A stretch of 64,000 bases of DNA, taken from Amphiscolops sp. MND2022. Its lineage: Eukaryota. Within the stretch, counting starts at the first letter, position 1; every line of letters starts with the position of its first letter. A program made the translations under genes and the position numbers. Where the stretch lies: positions 33,480,001 to 33,544,000 of the forward strand of contig OZ076413.1 of the NCBI GenBank assembly GCA_964187785.1. Reading direction: 5' to 3'. Below the pieces are notes generated by a model. That model made no database searches. It was not told where the DNA came from and worked only from the letters and a program-made list of their open reading frames with translations. Shown in pieces: positions 24,800-36,036 of this stretch.

Positions 24800-27700
24800 T
24801 TTTTGATCTTTACCATGACGCCATCAATTTCTTTCCAAAAGGACATAGTTTGCGGGACGACGTAACTTTAAAGATGGCTTTCCTCTGTTTCTTTTAGGAT
24901 TTGTAGTGATTTTGATCCGTCTCTGATTTTTCAAAGCAATAAGCTTCCGTCGACACAGTAATAGGCCATGGTTGGAAAGTGTTTTGAGGATTCTTGTTTT
25001 AATTAGGTCGACATGACGTTGCTGATTCTCTCTTGAAACCTTACGTCCTAAAGACATTACTCTTTCAGCAATGGGTCTCTTGGATTTATCTTCTGGTATT
25101 TCTTCTGCTTTTTAGATTGCTGTTGATTGATGGATGAGATTTCTGAGCTTCCTCCTCTCACTCCTGCTCCAGTCGCAGGGCTTACCAGTGGCCATGATAC
25201 GAACTATTGCTATACTGACAATACTCCTTTCATTCGGAGGTGGAAGTTGCAGTTACTTCTCCAGGTTGGTAAAATCCTTCTGAATTTCATGGGTAGTTGG
25301 ACTATTTTTTTTGGTGATACTTTTTTTAGTCTTACCCGATTACCTGGATTACCCTCAATCTTGACCTTCAGTAACTCAAAGATCTTGTAACATTCAAAGA
25401 TCTTGATTTTCAGTAACTCAACCAGTTGACGATTGTTCCTGATGCTATACGGGTGAAAATCCTGTCGACGCTGAGGGGTTGCCTTCACTGGAATCCGCCA
25501 CCATTTTGCCTCCAGTCACTGCTGTGCTAGTTGCGCCGCCACTCCGTTCCGTTGACGAAACGCTGTCAGCTGTACTCGCTGGTTGTTCTGTGGCTGAGTT
25601 AGTTACTCCCCCAGTCATTGAGGCTTCGTCTGCCATTCTTCCCCAATTTTCCGGTGTGCTTTCGTCTGGGCTCACTCTGGGTATAGAGCCTCATGGAGGG
25701 GAAGCTGCTGCCCCCTCGTCAGAAACTGAAGGAGGTGACAAAGATGAATGTCAGCCAAGTGGCAGGGGCATGTCAATTTCTTTTGTAGGTGGGGTTTTGA
25801 ATTTTAATATGCTGTTGTGTTCATTAGGGTTGTTTTTGTAGGGTCAAAGGTATTTCCTTTCCGAAAGAGAAACGTACGATTTCAGACGCCTCCAAAGCAC
25901 CAGCAAGAATGTGTGTCTGCGAATGTGCAACGGACGGCTCCGGGCGGTTATAGCAGTCACGGTGACGACGTTGTAACGCCACTGGAAGTAATGGGCATTC
26001 TTTTTCCTGAGATTGCACAGTTGGGTCGACACTTGATGTCGGAAGTGGAGGAGCGCACTAAGCATCACTTTCAGTCAGGTTGGTCAGTTCCATCGATTTG
26101 TATTGCTTCTTTTTCCTTGTTAATGTTTTTTGTGCGGCTTTGGTGCTTGTGTTGTATTTCCTTTTGTAGACTATACGTCTGGGCTCCGCGTGTAGCGGTC
26201 TTCGTGTTGTAGGATTCAATAAGCTTGTCGAGAAAGTGGAGAGTCGTTTGGACTGGTCAAAGCCAAAGACGTACAGCAGTCGGAATCTGTTGCATCGGTG
26301 GATAATGTCACTCGGCGGAAATTTTGTGACTGTTTCGAAATGCGGGAGCCCAAAGTTTTCCTTCTGCCGCGTCTGTAGACGTGATGTTGCCATGGAATCG
26401 CATGGGTCCGGAGAATTCAGTTGTCACTTTGTGTCCAAAAGACACTGGCAACAGTAAGAATTGTCCATATGGCGCTGCCAATCTACAAAAAGCTCATGGA
26501 GCCTATGACTTTATCTGCCAGTCAGGAGGACGTGTTCCGCTCCCGGCTTTTCGTCGATTTGGGCAAGGAGTTCCCATTTCCCGAAGACTTTATGCCAAAA
26601 CATTCAAAAGTAGAGCCAAAAGTGCCGTTTATGACTCTTGGTTCCTGCATCTATGGGTGGCTACGTAGCAGCGGCGATTGCTCCCCGGTTCAACGGCTTT
26701 GGGGCATTTTTGACCATTAGAGTGCACAGGCAAGCCTTATTGCTCAAAGCGCAACATAGTGCTTTCAATATCTCGGATTCCACGACCATACCTTTAACCG
26801 TGCAAAATTGGCAATTCACGTCATTTGTCCTGGATTCCACAAACAAGCATTCCACGGACAAGCAGCGGAAATTTCGTGTCCCGGACTCCACGAAAAGCAG
26901 CAAAAAGCTTGCCTGTGCACTGTAATGACTTCGTTGGGCGGCCGAGAGCCAGAAGTTATATAAAGTGGAGCCGGCCAGAAACTGCTGTTAGTATAATATT
27001 CTTTTTTGTTTTGTTGCTGAGTAAGTTGGTTGTATTGTCATCATTATGTCTTTGAAGTGTGTTGCGTTGGGTGATTTTGGTTTGAAAGGTTTATTCGGCT
27101 AAGTAAGCCGATTTGGTTCTTATATATGTCCTTCTGTAGTCGTTTCTGTGTCAAGGCGTTGCTCCGGGTGTGTTGCGCTGAGCTGATTGGAGTGTCCGTG
27201 AGTACTGTGAGTTGTGTTCAATACGAAAATGATACGTTGGATGAACGTTGCTTCGTTGTGTTTTCAGAGGCGGAACATCTCAAGAAGGTGTGCATCGGCA
27301 ATGAATTGTTGGAGCAACCTGTGCCATATGCTGAAGTTTCTCCTTTATCTCGCTTTGTGTGCTGCCTCGAGGGTGAGAATCTCCATATCTCGATTCTTGG
27401 TGGCAGTCCATCATTGTTGCACGTGCCGAGTGACAGTCGAAATGAGGCGGGGGAGCTATTTGTAGTGTACTAGCTCTTCAGTGCGTAAGTTCTGCTCCGA
27501 TGTGTCTGGTACTCTCATCAAGACGATTTTGGGGTGGTTGAGATAACCACCCTCGTGGAATATACGTTGCACCGATTGAAGAGTGCTCTTTAGGAGGAGT
27601 GGGAGGAGAAAAAGTGGTGCTGCAAAAATCTTATAGGCAGGGCTGTGCTAGTTTCTGTGATCTTCGTCCTGTTTTAACGGACTTGATAGCTCTTTGGCCT

Positions 27701-29435
27701 TCCATTTGGCGGTACATTCGTTGTACCGGGAAAGGAGTCATCTGATAAGGTTAGTTATTTTCCCAGTTTTGGCTGCTGGTTTTCATTGTTTTTTCTTTTT
27801 TATTGGATGTTTGTGTTACGTGGAGTTGCCGCCGTGTCTGCCTTTTGATGTTATTTCATTTATATTGTTTTCCAGATGCAGGGCACAGATTGGCTGTTGG
27901 TGGCTGACAACTTGATTGTCTATCGGTTTAGCCTATTACGTTTTATTGTCGATACATGTGAGTTTGTTTGAGTTTATCTGTTCTAACTGTTTCTTGGCTG
28001 TATTTGGATACGAAGTCTTTTTCTGTTTGACTGTTTTGACTGAGGTTGATTGTTTTGATTGAGTATTGGTTATGGGATTATAACTATTGGTTATGGGATG
28101 CTCTGTCTTGTTTTAGACTATATCAACTTTGGAAAGATGGAGCAGGGACGAACTGACAACGCATTCAATTCATACGGAGAAGTGTGTACTTTTGTCTACT
28201 GTTTGCTGTTGAGAACACGCGTGTCGAGAAGTCTTCCGAGCATTCATGAGTGGGAAGAGTATTTGGATGTTGCCAAGAATAGTGCTTTCCCAAGTATTCC
28301 CATCAATTAATTCCTCGAAAACTAGGACTTTGGAAAGAAGCTGTCGGAAAACGCGCGAGATCAATACGTTTCGGTTGTGGTGTTGCGAATTTTTTGACCG
28401 TTTGATTGTTACTTTGTTGGAGACTACCAGCGTGACTTCAGCTATTAGCAAAGGAATATACAAATTCTGTCCTGAACTGATGCTGGATGGCGACGACAGT
28501 ACTGCGTTTCCTCTGTTTGCTGGTTTTTGTAAAGTTTTGGAGACTTGCGGCGTTTTAGAGCTGGATGAATCCAAAGACGCTCTTTAAAAGTACACCTAAT
28601 ATATAGTGGAGAGGCGGAGGAGTCATGTAAACTCTAGACAGTATGCGAGCGATTGTACTGATGTGATGCAGCATTCATTTTTGGATTTTGGATTTCAGGC
28701 ACGTCATCGAGTTCTCCGCGTGTTTAAACTTTGTTGTCTTTTTGTGGGGACGCCCGCTCGCGAAAATCCTGCTATTAGTTTCGACCTCAGTGGTAGGGCT
28801 TTGGACTCTAAATCTTTCCACGACTGTTTACGACTCGTGCAAACGTACGTGATCAGTGCGAATTTTACTCCTCAGGGTCTCTCTAGTGATCAAGCTCTTG
28901 GTTCGTTCGAAAGGTCGTGTGTAATGCTGTCATCTTCTTCGTCACTGGAGGTTTCAATCAGTGGAAGGACTTCTGTCTCACAAGTTCTGAAGCAGCTTTT
29001 GTTCAACAATATGTGACTTTGTACACTGCGTGGTTGGCTAAACGTCGTAGAGTTTTTGATGCTGACTACAACGCTTGCAATGTTGCTGATTGTTTGGCAC
29101 GTACGCAATCCGTCAGCAAGACACCCGGTCAATTGCCACGTTCAGGGAGCGGCAGTGATGTAGCAGGTTCAAGTGGATCTTTAGTTACAGTGATTCAGAA
29201 AAAGAAAGTGGATGCTGTTCGTGCAAGGTGTTCGACAGTGAAAGCAGATAAGCAGGCTGGTGGTAGTGATAAATGATCTGCTCAAGGTGCAGGCTGTTCT
29301 ACTAGGGGACACTCAAAGAAGAGCGCCGTGACTGGGCTGGACGGTGATGTTACGCCAAAGAAAAAGAAGAAGCCTTCGAAAAAGGAAGTTGATCCAGACG
29401 TCGTGCATAGAATTAGTAAGCCGTCTGGCCGATGA
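24800..29435 (+). pseudogene. Antisense multi-exon cargo gene of element B, homologous to the A cargo gene
   Basis: FCRVCRRDVAMESHGSGEFSCHFVSKRH at 26365-26445. Introns with GT..(Y)nAG ends (acceptor tttttgtag 25841; gttggt 26080 to ttttgtag 26169; gttagt ~26990 to ctgtag ~27138). Later blocks FFDRLIVTLLETTSVTSAISKGIYKFCPELMLDGDD and RHRVLRVFKLCCLF; Ser/Lys-rich tail. Confidence 0.72.
26720..26922. mobile_element. Tc1/mariner-type MITE (203 bp) inserted in the zinc-finger exon of the B cargo gene
   Basis: TA flanks at 26718-19 and 26923-24; TIR (g/c)agtgcacaggcaagc / gcttgcctgtgcactg. Confidence 0.8.
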
Positions 29436-29589
29436 TGTGATTTTGATAAATTGTATTTTGTTATTCTATTAATTTTCTTTCTATGATTTGATTTTTGGCG
29501 CATTATTGATTTTCATTAGATTAGAAAAAGAATAATTAACGTAGCCACTCCGGTTCGGTTTGGTTCACCGATCTCTTTCGTTCAGTCCT

Positions 29590-32500
29590 GAGGTTGGTGC
29601 AGGCCTTCCGTAGTACCTGAGTCGAGCAATCTGAAGTCAGGATTTGTATTAGGCTTTGGATTAGGTCTAGATTATTTCTTCTCACTTTTTCATGGTTTCA
29701 GCCAAAAATAAAGGCGACAGTTCAGGCGTTTTTGGAGGACTTTCTTGTGGCAGTAGAGATAGAATGTAGGGATTATCACTGACGTCCAGAATAAATGACC
29801 TAAAGTTGCCGGAGGATGTTTTATCCTCTTCAGTATTTTCAACTGTGGTTGTTTTAACTACTTCAATTTCCGTTGTAGATGCGTCATCCTCTTCTCTTGT
29901 CCGTGATTTCCATAATTGTGGCATCTTCTGGTGGATTTTCTGTAGTCTTTCCGAACAGAACTTCTCCGAAGTTGGTTTTCCAAGCTGGCGCGTACCAATC
30001 ATCATGGGTTGTTTCAACCTCTGGATCTGGAAGATACTCTTCCCCTCTGACAGTTGGTTCGACGCATAAAGCCTTAGGCGAACTTTTTGGAGGGTTTGTG
30101 TAAATCTTGTGCCCGTTCTTCGTACGACGTAGTTGTTATTCGAGAGTACTCTAACTACTATGTAAAATCCTGTCCAAATGCAGTCTTTGGAAGCAAATTT
30201 CATTGATTGATTGTCTGCTTTCGAGTTGAGGACGTAAATGTAGTCGTTGACTTTGAGAGGCGTAGCGGTTGCTTTCTTGTCATAGTATCTTTTGCACTTG
30301 AGGTAGGATTGCATGAGGTTATCTTTGGCAGACTGGTGTAGTTCTGCTATTTGTTCCCGTAATTCGTCCGCTAGTCCTTCGTTGGCGTCTTTTTTCCATT
30401 ATGGTTTAAGTCCAAATTTGATGTCCAGGATGTAATACGGAATGCGTCCGTAAAACACTGTTGTAGGTTCGCATCCTAGACTTTCGTGATAGCTTGTGTT
30501 GTAGTTCATAACTGCTATCTGTACGTATTTATGCCACATAGAGCATCGTTCTCCTGTTGATATTTTCAATGAATTTTTAAGTGTTGGGTGGGTTTTTTCT
30601 AGGATGCCTATTGTATGTGCGTGTTTTGTCGATGCGTGACTTATCCGTATGTTGAGTGTTTGTGCTATCTGGTTGACAACCTGTGATCTGAATCGTGATC
30701 TTTTGTCAATTGGTAAAACGGTAGGTAGGAAGCAATGTCTCGTCATTACATCGATGTTGCGCCGGGCGACTGTTCTGGCTGCCATGTCGTGTGTAGGGTA
30801 AGCGAAAACGTAACGTGAAAAGACCACCGTCATATTATTGATGTGATTGTATCCGTTCGATGATGGCAGATTTGGCAGTATATCAATTTCTACGCAATCT
30901 TTTGGTCCTATCGTAAACTCGGTGTTGCTTATCATTTTGTTACGTATTTGTCTCGTATCGATTCGTTTGTTAGCTATAGAGTCTGGGCAGCTGGTTACCC
31001 TAGCTTTTATCTTTTGTGCTAGTCCCGGATAGTAGTATTTTGTTGTGCATTCTTGTATCATCTTTGTTATTCCTGGGTGTTTGGTCTTTTTTCTGTGCAA
31101 AGTGGACACTAATTCAGGGATTATGTATTTTGGAAGTATTACTTGATGGTGAGTAACAGTCCCTTTTTCTCCGTAGTATTTTTGCATGAGTACTCCGTCT
31201 TTCATGATGATGCTTTCTTCGTGTCGTAGTAGATTTCTTCCTCTCGGTTGGTTCAGTTTTGAGGAGATGCTTGTCGTATTCTTCGTGGAGTATTCGAAGT
31301 ATTAGCCCTTCGAGAAGTGGATTTGCATCTTGTTCGTTTCTAAAACGGGCTTTTTCCATAATGGCACCGAACGTGGAGACTGCGGAGTTAGATGGTATTT
31401 CACTCACCTCGGTTACTTTGGTTGACAGTTGTGTTTCATGATAGTCTATGGCACGTGGTTGGCTTAGTGGTTTTCTCGTAAAAATTTCTTGTTCTAGTTC
31501 GTTTTCTTCATCTGGCAGTAAGAAAAGTTGTTCTTCATCTGCTACGTCGGTCGATTGAAAGTTAACTTCTATTTGTGACGTTAGTATGTCGTCGCGTAAT
31601 TTCAATTGTACTTTTTCTTTTGGTGTAAGTTCATGTTAGGACAGAAAATCTGCTGCTTATTTTGAGAGCCTGCTACGTGCATGATACGGATTTTGAATTG
31701 CAAAACTTTGTCACAGGCGTTCCATAATGCAGGCGGTGAAGTCTTTGTTTGGAAGAATCTCGTTACTGATCTGTTGTCTGTCAGGACTAGGGGTGGTATG
31801 GTTGTTTCCCATAGTATATGACTATGTTCAACAAAACATGATACATAGCCAGAAATTCTTTGCAGTATATGGACACTTTCAGTAGGGCTTGTGAAAACGC
31901 TACGTGAGCCAAACGCTACAGGTGCGAAAGTGGTTCTTTTTAACAGGATTTCCTGTTCAACGCTTTCCCTTCATGAGAGCCTGACCTGATGCACGGAAGC
32001 TCATTAGTCGTATAACTAATCCACAGGCTTCCGCTAGGCTGGCATTGATTTCCTTGAAGATGTCGAAAAGGTCTTTCGATATGGTAATTTTGGCATCTGC
32101 TTTTAAGAGTTCATACATGCCAAATAGGTTTTTCTGAGAGGCGTGGTATGTAGGTTCTATAGTATATGACGAAACCAATGTTTTTTTGGACTCGTTTCTT
32201 TGATTTTAGGAAACGAACTTTGGGCAGGAAGTTTTCGACTTTTTGATGTTGCTGTGCCACACCGTCTGGGGTGATGGTTCTGCCTAGGAATTCGACCTGA
32301 GTTACTACAAAGTGGTATTTTTCGATTGTCAGTTTTAGACCGGCTTTGCGTATGCATTTGAAAACTGCTCGAATGTTTTTGATCAGTTGTTCCGGTGTAT
32401 TTGCAGCGACGCCGATGTCGTCGACGTATTGTGCATATTGGTTTGACTTGATGACTCGTATGAAACGCAAAAAAGCAGACAGAGCCCTGCTAAGTCCTTG

Positions 32501-34020
32501 GGTTAGACGGCGGTATTCAAACGTCCTGCTAGCAAAATTAAAAGCAAGTAGTTCTACTGATCTTCGATCTGCCATTTGAAGGCAATGATAGGCTTGGGAG
32601 CAGTCGAGTTTGCAGAGCAGTTTTTTCCCCGCCAGGTGTTGCGCAGCATCTGAGAGGGCGCTGATGGGGTGATTGTTGTTAAGGTAGTCATCTGAGATGA
32701 CGGCACTGATCTTCCCCAAGTCCACTAGTAATAGGAGTTTTCCGTTGGGTTTTCGTTGGACGGAAATCGGACTGACATATGTGGAGAAGATAGGGTCGTG
32801 ATAATGCCGTAGCGATGCATGAGTGCTAGTTCGACTGTTAGACCTTCTTTGAGATTGATTGGGACTAGTAGGTTTTGTGTGTAGACAGGTTTGTCATCTT
32901 TGGGTGTTAGACGGACCTTGAATTGCGTGTTCATGCCAATATCGAGTCTGTGACTGGCAAAGATGGCGTTGAATTCTACGATTGTAGATTCTCTGTCCGT
33001 TGCCGTAATTTGTGAATCTGTCCATTGAAACATTGAAACGAACTTGTCTCGAGATTCTTCATTTTCAGTTGAATCAAGTTGTTCAAGTTCGGGCAGTTCC
33101 CGTAGTTCCTTGAGGACTCGCTTTTGTATTGGTGAGTGTTCATCTTCGTTGCCTGGTTGTCACAGGGTTGGGAAGCAAAACTTTTCTTCGTTGTCTTCTG
33201 GGCGTTCGACTTGCATCAAGGCATTGATGTACGTGACTACATCGTCATGGTCGGTTAGTAGGTTGAGTGCTGCTTTGTCAACTGGGCGGATCATTTTCGT
33301 TTCTTCGGGTTTAAGGATTTGTAATTCCGCTAGTTTGGAATCAGGAGTTATTTTGTACGGAAAGCCGGTGGTGTTGGCAATTTTGATTGCTACTTTCTTG
33401 TCTCGTGCTGTTGTTATTGCTGGGGCAACGATGAGTTTTGCACACTCGTCAAGCTGTGGTAGGCGTTGCACTGTTGCAGTTATTCGGTGGTCATTACTTA
33501 CAGGTATTGACGCGTGTATGATGCGGGTTGATTGTGCGGGTTTTGTATGTTTGCTCTCAGTTTTGATGGTGATCGGCTTTGGGCTACAATTCTGCATCTC
33601 GTCCTTGAGTGCCAATGTGATTTCATTTTGCGGGAAATTAATTGTCCCTTGAGCCGTATCAATTGTGGCGGAGTGCTTCCGTAGGAATGCTAATCCTATT
33701 ATGGGAAACCATGTCTGGTTCATTTCGATGAAGGTTTCTTCGAAGGTGTAATCACTGATTTTGAAACGCATCGTGTATGTTGCGACTGGTTGTTCTAATT
33801 CTGCGTTAGCATACTGTACTTTGAAAGGAGGTGGTGCTGTGCAACTTTATTAATGACGCAGGGTTTTGCTGCTGTGTGATTTTTTTGCATCCTTTTCACT
33901 AGTGGCATTGATGTACGCATCTGAGTCTACAAGAGCGTCTATGGTACCGTTACCGGATTTGATAGATAAAAAGAGCATTCTCTCCTTCTTCTTGAGGGCA
34001 ATTGCGGACATCAATGGTAT
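29590..34020 (-). pseudogene. pol: pol of element B (protease, RT, RNase H, integrase), decayed
   Basis: DALVDSD (PR, DSG mutated); KLDCSQAYHCLQMAD...AQYVDDIG (RT); HPGITKMIQ...YYYPGL...C (IN zinc finger); AYPT...VMTRHC...HAHTIGILEKTH (IN core). Confidence 0.93.
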
Positions 34021-36036
34021 GTAGGCGTCAACTTTGTCGTGTTGGATGAATGCTTTGATGGCATCTAGGTCGTGAGGTAGTGTTGGTTGAGACTCCGTTG
34101 TAGTTTCGTTGTTTTCGGATGTGTCTGCACAGGCGCGGTTTGTGGTAAAGGAAGACTAAGCGTCGATCGTCAGTTTTTCTGGGGTATGTGACCACAGCGT
34201 TTTGTCTTCGAGACAAATGATATCGTCTGCATTTATAGGTGTGGACGTTACTGTGACGGGTTTTGTTGGTGATGGTGTTGACTTTTTCAGGATCGGTGAA
34301 GGTCATGAGGGGATTGTTGGTAGTTTCGTTGATTTTTGTTGTCGTTTGGTACCTGTATTTTGAAGGAAAGGGTGTTGTTGTCATAGATTGATGGCTCATC
34401 GCAAGGATCACAGCGATAATCCATGTCGTAGACGTAGATCCTGTCTGTTTTGGATTCTGGTAGAGGTCGTTTGAGCGTTGCATAGTTGACTGGCGATTCC
34501 GTTATCCATGCTGGGAGAGCGGGTTTCGATTTTCTGGGTGCCTGGGGTTTTTGCGTAGAATCATCCCGACATTCTAACGTCGCTGCCATTCTAGTGTTGG
34601 TTCTTCATTGCACTCGGTCACGAAATGTTCTTCGAATCAATTTGGGGAATCTTCGATTGTGTATGCCCTCGCGTTTTTTCCCCTGATTTATAGGCGCGGC
34701 GATTTTGGTTTTTCTGGTTTAGATGATGGTGCGGCCAAAGGATGTTCGCTGATTTTTCTGTTTTTTTTTCATGAGGATTGCAAATTCGTGTCTCTTTCTT
34801 CTTGGGTTGTTCGCATGGGCCGCATGTGTTGCTTTTTGGTTTTTGCGAGTGATTCGCATTTATTTCGTTGCTTCTCACTTTGTGTTCGTAGCGGTCTTTT
34901 TGACTTTCCTTTGTAGTCGTCGTATCTGCCACAGTGGAAGCGGTGGCATCGCTGCTGTTGTTCTTTTTACTCCTTCGATGTGGCTGCGTCAACTGCATTC
35001 AAGGGAATTAATATTGTTTCATCGTGTGCTCTTAGTCCATTTAGTCGCATTTCGCGTTCGAGGTGCAGGACGATGTCATTGTAGGGTTCTAGATATGCTC
35101 GGTTAAGGATCTTTTTGACGTGATCCGGCATATTTGTGTAAAGTGCTTTGTCAATGAATTTTTATTGCAGTTTTTTCTAGCACATCTGAGAATTCTTAAA
35201 AGTTTTGTTTGGTCGGGTCAAAATGCAAGGCGTCCCACTCGCATCTGGCCTTCGCGGAGGTTTGAAAGTCCCCGAAATGTCGTTTAAATGCCGCGATTAC
35301 TTCCTCGAGGTTGTCTTTTTTAGTGTCATCAATGTTGCAATACGCTTGGAGTGCGTTTCTTTTTAAGAGTGAGTGGAAATAATTGATTTTTTGTATTTCC
35401 GTGAGATCGGGGTACATTTTGATGATATTCTTGAACAGGTCTTCGAAAAGTTCAAATTTTTTGGACTAACCGTCGAGGCGGGTAGCGAAGCAGTGAGCGT
35501 TTTCGGCATTGGGAGTTGAGTGGCTGCAATGTTCGCGATTGGGGTGCAAACAGTAGACTTGATGTTGTGCTGTGCTCTCTTGAGTGGTCGGTTTGCGACC
35601 GTGGTTGTTTCGGTTTCTTGGTGGGTTGGTTTGTAGAGTCATTGAGGACTCCTGTCACCAAGTTACGACTTTTGACTGGTGTATTTTTAGAAATAGTCGC
35701 ATTTGTTTATATGGGATTCGAAGTTGTATTTGGCTGAATGTTTTCTGTCTCACAGTCAGAGTTGTCTAAGTTTGGAACAACTTTAGTCTTCCGTACAGTC
35801 GGGGATATTAGCTTTAACAATTCTTTCTGATTTTCGGATAATATCTTTGTGATATCAGTTAAGATTTCCTTTCCTTAGGATTTTTTATCTCGTCAAGAAT
35901 TTCAGTTTGAACTCTAGGAGCTTTGCTAGTACTGGCTATACAGTTCTCCGCTAGATTGTTTCCAGCGAGAGAAGATTCTAACTCTCCTGATGCTACCTTC
36001 AGCTGTAGTTTTCCTTTTATGGCTTCTTGTGGTCAT
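34020..36036 (-). pseudogene. gag: gag of element B, starting inside the 5' LTR
   Basis: ATG at 36036 (MTTRSHKRK) in the LTR; ...TPVKSRN-(M)VTGVLND across the junction; gag core QKINYFHSLLKRNALQ...AKARCEWDALHFDP. Confidence 0.75.
35648..35660 (-). promoter_or_regulatory. Primer-binding site TGGTGACAGGAGT of element B
   Basis: Directly after the LTR end; identical to the PBS of A. Confidence 0.8.
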
